Source: Octopus vulgaris
Taxonomy: Eukaryota
DNA length: 64,000 nucleotides
Direction of reading: 5' to 3'
NCBI GenBank assembly: GCA_951406725.2
Contig: OX597828.1
Span: 23,994,001 to 24,058,000 of the forward strand
Below the pieces are notes generated by a model. That model was not told the origin of the DNA and did not search any database. It saw nothing but the letters and a program-made list of their open reading frames with translations. The position numbers and the translations under genes were made by a program. Positions 44,366-58,492 of this stretch are shown in pieces. Position 1 is the first letter of the stretch. Every line of letters starts with the position of its first letter.

Positions 44366-44502
44366 GTACACCTTAGAGGTAAATGCTCCGAAGAACTGAA
44401 ATTCAGCAAGACATGAAAAGGGAAAACGAAGAAAACTAACTCAAGAACAAAATGACAACTGTTGATCAGTTTCTGCGCCGATATATTTGAAGGTGGGTAT
44501 AT

Positions 44503-44808
44503 GTGGGGGCGCAATGCCCAAGTAGTTAGGGCAGCGGACTCGCGGTCGTAGGATCGATTTCCAGTCCTGGCGTTGTGAGTGTTTATTGAGCGAAAACACC
44601 TAAAGTTCCACGAGGCTCCGGTAGGGGGTGGTGGCGATCCCTTCTGTACTCTTTCGACACAACTTTCTCACACTCTTTCTTCTGTTGGCCTGCTCGCTTA
44701 GCCAGCGGGGTGGCGTAATTTGAAGGCTAAAGCACTACGAAGCGCATTGTGACCAGCGATGTGTAGCAACATCTGATAGCCTGGTCGGTCACGGTGATCA
44801 CGGTGATA
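44503..44808 (+). mobile_element. tRNA-derived SINE (head H1, tail C)
   Basis: H1 head and middle, then the tail CGAAGCGCATTGTGACCAGCGATGTGTAGCAACATCTGATAGCCTGGTCG(GTCACGGTGA)n. Confidence 0.8.
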
Positions 44809-44859
44809 TTTGAAAGCGAGATTAACATTCGATTGGACTGGTTGGCGAAGACGCAGCTT

Positions 44860-45620
44860 TCGATATTCAGTCGACCACGGCAGGTATTTGTTATGTGATT
44901 CTGAGTGAGAGCGAATTATAAAAACATCGCTACATGAGCGAGAGTTTTTCACAGCACTTAGCGGAAGTATTTACGAGGAGGATGGGATTAGAAAAGGCGA
45001 ATTTCTTTTGTATGTCTCCACGCTCTGACGAGGCACAGCCAATAATTCAGTGTGATACGAAAAGTCGACTAAAGAACATGAATCGATTGACGTGCTTGCG
45101 TCTGTGTCTATGCAATGGGGAAATCCCTGGGAGTGAATGGTCTGTTCCACGAACTGTACTAGTAATGCGGCACTGTCTATTCCAAATAGCGTCAGTTTGT
45201 GAGAATCAGTAGTCTGCAGGGTGAACAGATGAATACTGATATGAATGTATTGGATCAAAGCGAAGAAACAATGCAGGACTTCAAGAGCATAAATTCGTTC
45301 AGTATAGTATTATATATTTTGGAGAATGTATGCGGATTGAGGTTGAAACTTATAGGAATTCTAGTTCAAACCTTACAGAATCGTGCGATCAAAGCATATC
45401 AATCTACAGGGAATTGCACCCAAGAGCTAGGTCTGTTTTTGATGGAAATTTGGTCAATATACATCGATCTAAATCGTACGACAAAAGTGACTAACCAGAT
45501 TTGTTAGCTGTTGTTACTATAATGACTTTCGGTTTCACCTTTAGAGTTGGATCGCAAGAATTTACTGCAAAATCTGTTTCATGCAAACTAAATTAAGTAT
45601 CAGAAAAGTTTCGCTTTGAA
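44860..45620 (+). mobile_element. Heavily decayed hAT (Charlie/ZBED5-like) transposase remnant
   Basis: Scattered translated motifs IIKTS..., MGLEKANFF..R and SLQGEQMNT..LDQSEETMQDFK lie in the expected order. There are many stops and frameshifts. Confidence 0.4.
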
Positions 45621-46184
45621 ACCGAGATTCAACGATGGCATTTTTAACATTTCATCTGTATGTTTTAAGATTTGGAATATTTTTGGCAGATGCTGGAAAT
45701 ATTGAAGAAGAGCACTACCATGTGACATTTGTGGTGCACATTGGTTGGCGAAGTCACTGTTATGGCACCGAACAAGTCACCTTCATACTCTTTGACTCAT
45801 CAAACATCGAGGTTGTCTGCATTATTATTGATGTGTACTTGGAAATTACAGCTGCAAAAATTTATCACGATATGATAGCAGACGGCTTCCAAATCTGTTT
45901 AATTCATTTTCGAAGTAAAGGGCACAAAGTGCTTCTCTTTGTAATTTCTGTAGAGAACGAAGCGGTTAACTAGAGATATTAAAAAGTTTGATAAGGGGGC
46001 CTTCCTTTTGAAGTTAAATTTGAAGTTAAATTTCCGAGATTTGAAGTTTTTGCTGTTGAGTTTTCTGTTCCATGTTTTCTGTTTCATGCTTCTAATCACT
46101 TAACTCATTTCTTTGCTTTTGTAGTGTAGTTAGTAACCATTACTTCCGTTTATAAATAACGTCGATTGTAACTTTTGAGCACAT

Positions 46185-46228
<44 letters not shown>

Positions 46229-46986
46229 GTATATATACATATATATATGTATATATATATACACACACACACACACATATATACATATATATATACATAC
46301 ATACATACATATAAGTATGTATATGTGTATATAATATATTCCTACGTTTTGTTTCATAATGGAAGCAATGTTTTTGTGGCTGCCTCGGTTCTGAGTTCAA
46401 ATTTGTCCGAAGTGGCTGTGTCGTTTATCCTATCAGGGTCGATATAATAAGTATCATTTGGGCACTAGGATCAATATAGACCCCCATCCCCAAAAGTTTA
46501 AGATCCCATGTCTATAGTACAAACGAATTTTACTCTTATTATTATTATTGCTGCTGCTGTGTTTGTCGTTTTTATTTTCATTAATGGATCCTTCATGACT
46601 TTGCTATTATTTATTAATATTAAAAGTTCAGTCATACGAGATACAAACTATCACAAACACAAATGCAACATACATACACTCAGATATTTTGGTCGAGTCT
46701 GTCTCTGATTCATTCAGTGAATCTTGTGTGTCCTTAGATCAAGCCTTTACACGTAATGTGGGAAAATCTCAGCAGCAAATTATATGAGTCTGATCGAAAA
46801 GAAAATATCAAGTTCTATTGTGTTAATGAGCAGCCTTTCGTCCGGCAATCAAAATTAAACGTGCGTATATATATATGTCGATAGTATATGTATATGCATA
46901 TATATACTATAAACGTATTCATATATGATGGTAGGTAGATAAATATATGGAACTCTACATCGGGATGTTGATAGACAAGGTGATAA

Positions 46987-47032
<46 letters not shown>

Positions 47033-47142
47033 ATAGATGGATAGATGGAAATATAGATAGAAATAGAGGGAGAGGGGTAGGTACATAGGTAGATATACAG
47101 ATAAATAGACATATATTTAGATAGATAGACAGACAGATAGAC

Positions 47143-47241
<99 letters not shown>

Positions 47242-47708
47242 CATGAATCTCACAAGGGTCCACAGAATTCGTGTACTTAAAGCATTTATTTACTCAGAGG
47301 ACAATACAATTATTTGAGAACCGAGTGGTCTTAATATCTCTACACATTAAAACATTCGAAACAGTGACTGCAACCGTCAATCGTTACAACACTTGCTTTC
47401 TTACAGGTACATACAAGTATTCATATATATATATATATATATATACACTCATACACATACACCCACTCATCTGATGACGTGCGTATACACAGCGATTGCG
47501 GGATTATATTTCTAAATTTTCTATGATGATACGTATATGTGAAACACTCATCAAATATCAGCTGTTGAGCTTTGGATTAAAGCCTGTTCATTCCATATTG
47601 TTATATTATAGATATGGTTTACAAATTCATAATTACGTATTTCCCACACGTACGCATACACAAACACACACACGCACGCACACATACACACATAAATATG
47701 TGTATATA

Positions 47709-47744
<36 letters not shown>

Positions 47745-47796
47745 GATATCTATACCTATATATATTTATGCATATATATATACGTATTTATATATG

Positions 47797-47869
<73 letters not shown>

Positions 47870-47873
<4 letters not shown>

Positions 47874-48437
47874 TTGAGAATGCAATTTTAAAAGATGTTT
47901 ACTCACTTGACTGGTTTCACTTTTTTAGAAAAAGGTTGTCAAAAGTAACATCCCAAATTCTTTGTAAACTAAATATATATTTTTCTGTGTATACATATAC
48001 CACCAAACTATGACCTTTTTGAACTTATAATTTTCTGTGTATATATATATATATATATAGATACTGCCAAACAAACATGATTTTTAATGAAATCCTAATA
48101 GGTTTTATGAACTTGTTAATAATTTCTCAAAAAAAAAGTTTTCTGTAAACTGTTTTTAACATATCCTTATTATTATCAAAGAATGTATATATATCTTGTA
48201 ATTTTTTCTGCCCAATATTTTAATGAACTTTTTTATATTTTCCCAAGATTTTTCTTTGTAAAGTGTTTTTAACATGTTCTTCTTATTATTAAAGAATGTA
48301 TATATGTATTGTAATATTTTGTGACAACCATTACCTAACACAACAAAGTTTTTACATTTTACCTTTGACAATCTTTTTCTAAAAAAGTGAAACCGGTCAA
48401 GTGAATAAACATCTTTTAAAATTACATTTTCAAACCT
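47870..48437. mobile_element. MITE/foldback element with ~80-bp TIRs
   Basis: AGGTTTGAGAATGCAATTTTAAAAGATGTTTACTCACTTGACTGGTTTCACTTTTTTAGAAAAAGGTTGTCAAAAGTAA at 47870 is the reverse complement of about 48358-48437. Confidence 0.8.
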
Positions 48438-48485
48438 TCTTTCATATATAATTCCTCTCGTGCAGTACCTTACAACTTCACTTTG

Positions 48486-48532
<47 letters not shown>

Positions 48533-49200
48533 CTGAAACTGGAAAAATCAAAATCAAAATATATATATATATATATATATATATTTGTACATATCATTTA
48601 AATAAAGTTAAAACATGGTCTGGTTTTCATGTCATTTATTACTGTATTTAAAAAAAACTTTTGTTTATAATGCTGCAATGTATCAAACATTAAAAAATAT
48701 TTTTCAATGTTCATAAAATTCAGCGCTTTCATACGTACGTAGCAATTATTAAGATAACGACATGTACTTAACTGTCAGTTGTATTCTTGACAATTACTGA
48801 GAAATTCCCCCGCAAGCTACTTGGTTGAAATACAAGTAATATCGGTGCACCAGGCAAACACTGATTTTTAAGCAGCATGCTGATTGGTCAAAACCGTTTT
48901 GAAAAATTCAGCTTGTCGATGCCTTCTAAGAGGTATAAGAAGACAGAACTCAGTCGTTTTACTACAGTTGTCGACGATTCAACAGTTAGTTAAATTCATT
49001 TTGAAATCTGATGTTTACTACGAACTTAAGAAATCTCTAATTGAACTGTATGTGCATTTCAAAATTTTTTATCTTTAACACACTTAAACATTATAAAAAA
49101 TCCTTTAAATAAAATAATAAACAACCCTGAAAACCAGACCATATTGTATTTTTATTGAACTGATATATTATTCTATAGACATCTACACAAATTCGGAACG

Positions 49201-49247
<47 letters not shown>

Positions 49248-49329
49248 CATACATACATACATACATACATACACACGCACATACATACATACATACATAC
49301 ATACATACATACATACATACATACATACA

Positions 49330-49361
<32 letters not shown>

Positions 49362-49848
49362 CAATCCTGTAATTTAGATTATACAAAATGTATTATCTCA
49401 ATATTCTGCTTACCGTTATTGATTTAAAACATTTTAAAACATGTTTAGAATTTGAACAATTGTCAAATAATGTGTCATAAATTTTCGTATAGATACAAAA
49501 CATATATTAACCGATTTTCGAATAGAAAGTGAAAAGGTTTGTAGGTAATTATAATTAAGAATTAAGACCAGCGAAATAGTTGAGAGCACACAAACGCACA
49601 CACACACAAATGCACATACACGTGTTCATAGGCAAACGCTCACATACGGCACGCCCATATATACATATACATACATACATACATATATATATATATTAGT
49701 TAATAAATCGTATGGTATATACTTGCCAATTTATAGGACGCCTTGCTATTTATCCAGGCGTCCTATAAACCCCTGTCCGTACAAGCATGCATTTTAATGA
49801 ATGTGTGCGTATATATGTATATATGTATGTATACATAATTTTGTACAC

Positions 49849-49916
<68 letters not shown>

Positions 49917-50408
49917 ACGAATGAATAAATATATGTATGTATAAATACATGTTTGTATTTACATCTACATATACATATATATACATGGCACGTGGGGCAT
50001 GTGTTTCCGTATATTTATCAATATATATATATATGTATATTTATACAAATTTACATACTTCCATACATACATGCGCCTCCATATGCATACATAATACACA
50101 CAATATACATATATAGTCACATATTCTCATAGGGAAACAGAATCTGTAAGAAAAGTTTGGTCGGAGGTATTATCCCATCTGACACGATTCAGAATTACTT
50201 AAGGAAAGTCCGTTTATATAAAGAAGCCTTACAGCTTTATAATCACGCTATTCTATTAATATATTCCTGTCACCAATTGGAAAATTCTATAAACGATCTT
50301 ATTAACTATGGGAATTTTGATTTGGAATATTCATGTTATCGCCAAACTACAGAGAATTCTACAAAGGAAGCAATGATTTTCCACTAATCAATTTAATGTC
50401 CCTTTTTT

Positions 50409-50737
50409 TCAATTAAACTTGCTAGCCAGCATGAGATGGTGCCATTTTGTTATTTTCTCACCGGGTCTTTGCAACGCTTCTCGCCACTGAATTAATTCGG
50501 AATCCTCTGTGGCTTTGAAGCCAAGTCTTACTTGTCCAATCATCTCATCGCTTCGCAAACGCTCGTGGTCATATACTGTAAACGTAATTCCTGTACATTG
50601 CAAAGTCTCTGGCTGTGGTGAAATGCTGAATTGAAATTTCTCGGAGAACACGGGATCCATACATTTCTTTTTGGTCTTTGTTTGGAACCGCTCCTTGGTT
50701 TCGCCATCCAAAGATAATTCCACACGTACGTAAGGAT
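50409..50737 (-). CDS. Terminal coding exon of a synaptotagmin-family protein (C2B domain C-terminal part)
   Basis: Acceptor ttctcctttcag|AT CCT TAC GTA, a phase-1 junction in D-PYV. Translation (D)PYVRVELSLDGETKERFQTKTKKKCMDPVFSEKFQF...FTVYDHERLRSDEMIGQVRLG...QWREALQRPGEKITKWHHL...* has the C2 motifs and the synaptotagmin WHxL end. Confidence 0.92.
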
Positions 50738-50969
50738 CTGAAAGGAGAATGATGGAAAATCATTAATTTTACGAAGGAAAAGTATATAATAGAATTTAAC
50801 TAGATAAGAATAAATGGTTTACTGGAAACATAAACATGTTTAAATTATGTATGATAATTATGCCACATGCATGCATTCATGCATCCATGCAGGCAGGAAG
50901 TTAGGCAGGCAGGTATACATACATTCATAAATACATACATACATACACACACATTTACATAAATGTGCA

Positions 50970-51160
50970 TGTCCCCCTAGCATTGCTTGACAACCGATGC
51001 TGGTGTGTTTACGTCCCCGTCACTTAGCGGTTCGGCAAAAGAGACCGATAGAATAAGTACTGGGCTTACAAAGAATAAGTCCCGGGGTCGAGTTGCTCCA
51101 TTAAAGGCGGTGCTCCAGCATGGCCGCAGTCAAATGACTGAAACAAGTAAAAAGAAAAAA
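50970..51160 (+). mobile_element. Family C SINE 3' half (intronic)
   Basis: GTCCCCCTAGCATTGCTTGACAACCGATGCTGG...GGCGGTGCTCCAGCATGGCCGCAGTCAAATGACTGAAAC. Confidence 0.85.
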
Positions 51161-51328
51161 AAAAGATATATTTATATGAGTATATATATGAGCATATATT
51201 TTATATTATATATATTACGTACATACATATATGTAGATATACATACAAACGAATGTATGTTTATGCATTTTTACATGCATATGCCTGGTTTTCTGCTCAT
51301 CTATCTATCAACTTCTCTCTCTGAATTT

Positions 51329-51360
<32 letters not shown>

Positions 51361-51460
51361 CATACATACAAAATTTCCACAATGAGCAGCAGGTGATAAC
51401 AACCAGAATGCCAGCGAAAGTAATATATTTTAACCCCCGTGCTGTATGTATGTGTATGTA

Positions 51461-51579
<119 letters not shown>

Positions 51580-53549
51580 TAGTCAACGACCTGTTGCTAG
51601 AGACTTCGCGGTGGAAATTTGTCCGTGAGCAGATCACAGAATGCGACGACTATTTTGATACCAAATGCAGAGTGACAAACCGAATAGTTGTGCTTGCTTT
51701 TTAGTGGCTAATATGTAATACACGCTGTTATTACTATACAAAAAGTAGAAACAAAACCAAATGTGCTTATTATCTTTGCGTATGTTCGTTTGTATATTTG
51801 TGTGTGCTCGCGCGTTTGTGTGTGTTTTTCTACAATTTCAGAGTGGTGCCCCAGCATATCCTGGTGCCATGTTAACATCAAATACACATTTAAGTCTTAT
51901 AAGACAGCTGTAGTACATTTAACTGCTGCAAATATTAATTACACCTCCATTAAATGCACCCAATATAAAAATATAAAACTAGGAAGAAAATGTAAATTTT
52001 AGTGTATACACGAAATTAAAAAAAAAACAAACTATTTAGTTAAGAAATAAAAGTCAGCTTTTAGCATTCAGAAAACATATGGTCAAAGAAGTTACGATTA
52101 CAGAAGGGATATTATTCTACTTATGTTTCAATTCTATAAACTTCGATTATTTGTTATTATCTGAGTTATTATCCTTGTTTATTGTTTCCAGATTTGAAAG
52201 ACCATAAACAGAGGGTTTTGATTTCACTTTATATGAATATTCTCAGTTAATTTATATGTGAGCTTCTACCGTTCATTTCATTCTCTTGGTGTACCATCAC
52301 CCATATTATCTATTATGCTTCATTTTTTTAATTTGGTTCCAAGGATGCTATGTTGATTCATATGGATAAAATACAGGCTGGTAATTTTAACAAGAAGAAC
52401 CAAGTAGAATCCACCTCGTTGTGTTTTCTAATCTATATTACAACATATAAGCTACGGGCGCCCGTACATACACATACATATTTCATCAAAATCTTAAAAG
52501 TACATTCGTGTATTCCTGGTCTATAACCCTCTCACATTAATAGTTATACATATACACACATACATACATACATACATATATATATATATATATTGTTAAA
52601 TGTAATAGATATGTATATGTATGTATATGTTCATACACATATATATACACATATTCATACACACATATACATGAATGTAGGCATACATACATACATAGAT
52701 AATACATACATGCATACATGTATGCGTACATACATATATGCATACATATATACATGCATATATACATCCATACATCCATCCAATTATACATACTTACATA
52801 CATACACACATACATATACATACATAAATACATATATACATACATATATGCATACATAAATACATACATACATGCATGCATACATGCACGCATGCATGCC
52901 TGCATAATAGCAGCATCATCAAAATGGCGCCGATATTGACCTCATACACTGTAACAGTCGCCATTTTGACACATTTTATTTTTCATTTATTTATTTCCGG
53001 GATTTGATGAGAACCATTGTTTTCCCATGTAACAACATTGAGGAAAAATAATTGTCTGCTACGTCATACTGATGTAAACAAAGACAAACACAATTACTAC
53101 TTCACGTGTAATAAGAGGTAAACAAAAAACACACGCATATATATATATGCCACATACAAATGAACAGAAGCAAATCTCAAACAAATGAAAGTACACGAAC
53201 GTATTGAAACATACAAGGGCAGACAAACGTGAAACTCAAACTTACACAAACACCTACGCAAAACAATGCAGCTATAGTCAAACATAAACTCTTATAGACA
53301 TACACTCTTGAAGGCACACACTGTGAAGCACGCGCATACAGGTACTTTCAAAATAAGCACGTAGATATACATACACACATCTACGTACGGGAACACACAC
53401 ATCCACCATCTAATACACACACAGACACACACACACACGCACACACACACACACACATACAAAAACACACATACATATATATTGCTCACAAGGAAGACAA
53501 GTTTCCGCTTAGGATAAAACTTCTCCTCTAGGTATATGTATACATATAC

Positions 53550-53601
<52 letters not shown>

Positions 53602-53721
53602 GTATCCATATACATACATATGCACACACACACACATATATATATATATATGTATATATATGCATATATGTATATATACATATATATATATATGTATATA
53701 TATGTGTATAAATATAGATAG

Positions 53722-53806
<85 letters not shown>

Positions 53807-54241
53807 GAAGTACATAGAATCAGTGTCTATAGTCATACATGTGCTTTCTTATTAAGAAGGAATGTCTAAAAATAAAGGAAATATCCAGTGAACTATTTGT
53901 AAATATATCTCCTTGTCTTATGAGAAACTGGCAGGGGGACAGATCCGTACAATAGGTCACATGGTTTCCAGACTCACGTCCTCACTCTATTTCCCATCCA
54001 CACACCATTTCTCCCTGTATACACGCACACATATTCACCCGCCCACAATTTTATATATAGGTGTCTGGGTGTGGATGTACGTGTGTGTTCAAGAGTTTCT
54101 TCTCGGTAACACAATTACCTGCTCCCATACCGCTATCTCTCTGCTTCTCTCCTACTCTTTCTCTCTTTCTCCTTCTCACTCGCTCTCTCTGTCTCTATTG
54201 CGCTATATGTATGTGTATATGTATATGTATATATATCTATA

Positions 54242-54290
<49 letters not shown>

Positions 54291-54364
54291 CACATATATA
54301 TATTATATGTGTATATGAATATATATATTATATATATGTGTGTGTGTGTGCGTGTGTAGAAGTA

Positions 54365-54736
54365 GTGGAGGTGTTGTGGCCCAGTGTATAGGATAGCAGA
54401 TACGCGGTCATAGGATCGCGGTTTCGATTCCCAGACCGGGCGTTGTGACTGTCTATTGAGCAAAAAGACCTAAAGCTCCACGACTCTCCGGCAGGGGGTG
54501 GCAGAAAACCCTGCTGTACTCCTTGACCAAAACTTTGTCTCGCTCTTTTATCCTTTTTCTCTTGCAACTGTACTTCAAAGGGCCAGCCTTGTCACACTCT
54601 GTGTCACGCTGAAACTCCCCGAAAACTACTGTAAAGTGCCTGTAAAGTGCCCTGCCACTTGCACGTTAATTTCACGAGCAGGCTGTTCCATTGCTCGGTT
54701 TAACTCGAACCGTCGTCGTCGTAACTGACGGAGTCT
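54365..54736 (+). mobile_element. tRNA-derived SINE (head H1, tail A)
   Basis: Matches the 38222 and 9714 copies. Confidence 0.85.
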
Positions 54737-54748
54737 CATGACGATGCA

Positions 54749-54785
<37 letters not shown>

Positions 54786-54807
54786 TTAAATATATATAAA
54801 TACATAC

Positions 54808-54887
<80 letters not shown>

Positions 54888-55252
54888 TTAAATATATATA
54901 TGTATACATATACATGTATATACATACATACGCAAATATATTTGTATACATATGCCTGTGTGTGTGTGTGTGTGTGTGTACGTGCGTTCACTTTCTATTT
55001 GTCTTTCAACGTCTCTCCGTTTGTCCTGCTCTCTCTCTCTCTCTCTGTCTTCCTCTCTCCCACGTTTAACACTTTCTTACACAATTTCTTCCTTTCTCTC
55101 TTCCTTACATTTAATGCACGCTCATCTAACAGCTATTTCCCAGACAATGAAAGGTTAAACGATAAAGAAACACCAAAGACCACTATATCTCTGCAATCGG
55201 CGCTAAAACCTCACAAGTTACTTTACGAACTGTCGAGCTATTTCTCTTTGAG

Positions 55253-55309
<57 letters not shown>

Positions 55310-55784
55310 TTCTTGTGTTTCGTTTTCTAACTGTCTCTGCCTGATCATGGAGCTTCTCTTTCATCCTATTTCAACGCTATCATTGTTGTTGTTACTGTTG
55401 TTGCTGTCATCATTCTTGATGTTGAGGACATGTCTATTTAAAATCAGACAATTTTTCACTTGATTTGCAGATATTTTGTAATACGAATATGTTTGTATTT
55501 GATTTTGTTGTACTTTTTTTGTCGTTTAGCAATGGACAGCTGTCCCTGGTCTAGAAATCCTATGATTCAAAGAAATTCTAGCTGTGCCAAACCGCGAAAA
55601 TGTTTTCCCGACATTATATTATTTCTAAATAAATGACCAAATATAACATTTGTGGTGGTGGGGGTCCTTTTCTGGATGGGAGACCATATAGAGACAAATG
55701 TGTTTTTTTTTGTTTGTTTTGTTTTTCTTTTGTTTTTTTTCCTGCAGTTCAGACGACCGTGAGGAAGCTTCATCGCTGGGACGT

Positions 55785-56440
55785 TGAAAGAAAGAAATGA
55801 ATGAAGGAAGGAAGGTACGATGGAAAGAATGGAGGGAGGGAGGAACGAAGAAGGTGTAAAGGAGAAGGGAAGAAAGTTATTAAGATAATAGTTAACTAAA
55901 GACAAAATGGAAAACGGAAAGATTTGTATTAATAGCGGAAGTAGAGAGAATGAAATTTACGAAGGAAAGAATCGAACAAAGAAGAAAGAAATATAAGAAT
56001 GAAAGAAGAAAACAGAACGAATGAGAAATAAAACCTGAATGAATACAGGAAGGAAAAATAAAAGCAAGAATGAAAGAGGTATATGAAAAAGTCAATCATA
56101 GGAAGATAGGAAGAAAGGGGAAAGTAAAATGAGAAAGAAGAAAAGAGCAAGTGAAAGTAAAACGAATGGAGAACATTCAAGGAAGAAAGAAGGAAAGAAA
56201 GAAATATATGAAAGAATCGATCAAAGAAAGAAAAAAATCAGATTGAAAAAGCAAGGGGAAAGAAAAAAAAGAAAAAGAAACGAGAAACAAAAAAAAAAGA
56301 AAAAGAAATAAATAATAAAGAGGCGAGAGAAAAGGAACTAAGAAAAAAAATACACAGAGAAAATAAAGAAATGAGCAGACAGGACACAGAAAGTTTGAAA
56401 AGGAGAGAAACGCATACAGAAAGAATTTCAAGAAGAGAAC
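55785..56440. repeat. Purine-rich (GAA/GAAA) low-complexity tract
   Basis: About 650 bp strongly dominated by A and G on the + strand. Confidence 0.85.
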
Positions 56441-56523
56441 AATATCACTTGCACTATACATAACTATTTATAATAAATATATTCGCTTTTATAAATATTC
56501 GTCTATTTAATCTTTTCATTACG

Positions 56524-56591
<68 letters not shown>

Positions 56592-56832
56592 TATACGTAT
56601 ATATACATATATGTACATGTATGTATTACGTTACGTATTATATAGACTAGCTGTGGCAGCTGGCCTTGCCGTCTTTCTCCAGTTTCACTGTCCACTCTGT
56701 AGAATCAAAATAGATTCTCGCCACAAGAGAAAAACCTGATTTTGTAAGTTAAATACGAAGCTTAGCAGCCATCATTAATCTTCCACTAAATCACAAAACA
56801 CCGTAAGATAAAAAGAATTGTACTTACACATA

Positions 56833-56888
<56 letters not shown>

Positions 56889-57233
56889 GTGTGTGTGTGT
56901 GTGTATGTGTGTCTGGTGCGTCTGGTGTGTGAATGTGTCTACTGTAAAACGATGTGTGGAGTGATCATGGTAAAAAGTTTGTAAGATTCTATAAACACGG
57001 CTAATGTAGAGAATACAGATGACTCGATAATTGATCAATAACATTATTAATCAATGGATCAAATACAGTTGGTCCCATATTGAGATAAGACAGAAAATTC
57101 CGATATGACAGCTATTATAAAACCCCATTTTGAATGCAACAAATGTTGCTTATATTGGTATAATGACACCTATAAATAACTGGCGCAGTACTCAACGACC
57201 TTTTCTATCACATTTATTTGCACACGCAAACAC

Positions 57234-57287
<54 letters not shown>

Positions 57288-57690
57288 GGCGCAGGAGTGG
57301 CTGTGTGGTAAGTAGCTTGCTAACCAACCACATGGTTCCGGGTTCAGTCCCACTGCGTGGCATCTTGGGCAAGTGTCTTCTGCTATAGCCCCGGGCCGAC
57401 CAATGCCTTGTGAGTGGATTTGGTAGACGGAAACTGAAAAGAAGCCTGTCGTATATATGTATATATATATAAGTGTGTGTATATGTTTGTGTGTCTGTGT
57501 TTGTCCCCCTAGCATTGCTTGACAACCTATGCTGGTGTGTTTACGTCCCCGTCACTTAGCGGTTCGGCAAAAGAGGCCGATAAAATAAGTACTGGGCTTA
57601 CAAAGAATAAGTCCCGGGGTCGATTTGCTCGACTAAAGGCTGTGCTCCAGCATGGCCGCAGTCAAATGACTGAAACAAGTAAAAGAAAGG
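57288..57690 (+). mobile_element. Family C SINE, full length and well preserved
   Basis: tRNA-like head GGCGCAGGAGTGGCTGTGTGGTAAG..GGTTCAGTCCC, CORE-like GGCATCTTGGGCAAGTGTCTT, an internal microsatellite and a CR1-like tail. Confidence 0.9.
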
Positions 57691-57692
57691 AG

Positions 57693-57726
<34 letters not shown>

Positions 57727-57727
<1 letters not shown>

Positions 57728-57944
57728 TGGTAAAAACGGTAAGATAACGAAAGAAAGAAAGGGTCCTCAATATTATGTAAATAGAGGAATTTATCTGTAA
57801 ATATAATATGTGACAATTGTTCGGTAGTCCAGATAAAACTCTGAGTTTCGGATGCCGATGTGGAAATCCACACCACCATCTCTTCAGTTATCCGGTCATC
57901 GGAAAAACGCTATTAAAAATGACCGGTCATTCTTCATAGCGTTT

Positions 57945-57945
<1 letters not shown>
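57727..57945 (-). mobile_element. Short PLE-like repeat in TA/TG microsatellite carrying a hammerhead motif
   Basis: About 220 bp of complex sequence bounded by (TG)n and (TA)n, containing the motif at 57829-57895. Confidence 0.6.
57829..57895 (-). ncRNA. Type I hammerhead ribozyme motif, nearly intact
   Basis: CCGGATAA-CTGAAGA-GATGGTGGTGTGGA tt TCCACATCGGCATC-C-GAAA-CTC A GAG-T-T-TTATCTGG. Stem I is 8 bp (one G.U), stem II about 13 bp, stem III is ACUC/GAGU, and the cleavage triplet is GUU. Confidence 0.75.
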
Positions 57946-57980
<35 letters not shown>

Positions 57981-58435
57981 CAAAATAAGAAAATGGAAAA
58001 ATACATCCAAATCAAATATCAATTACCAGATAATACCCAATCACATACTGCAGTGAATTATTTATGCAGTATTTATTTCCGGTATTTAGCGCGCCTAAAC
58101 GAAGACTTTTGAAAATAACCGCAAATGTAATAGGTAGAACTACATGCATTTTCGACCTCGTGCTGATATCTGGCGTGAAGTTCTGCAAATTATATTCTGC
58201 ATAGACGATGATACTGACGATCTACAGATAAATTGTGTAAGTAAAATTACGTAATTTTTTGATATTGAAACAATTGTTTCACTATCATGATTAATCTATA
58301 TTTTTGTTACTTTTCATTTGTCTTTCTCGCTTACGTTTCTGGTGTGCTAATTTTGTGGAGAACAATTCTTTGTGGTTAAGACCATAGCGGATCTTCTAGC
58401 ATAAGGGTTTCCATATACTGGTTAAAAAATTCCCT

Positions 58436-58492
<57 letters not shown>

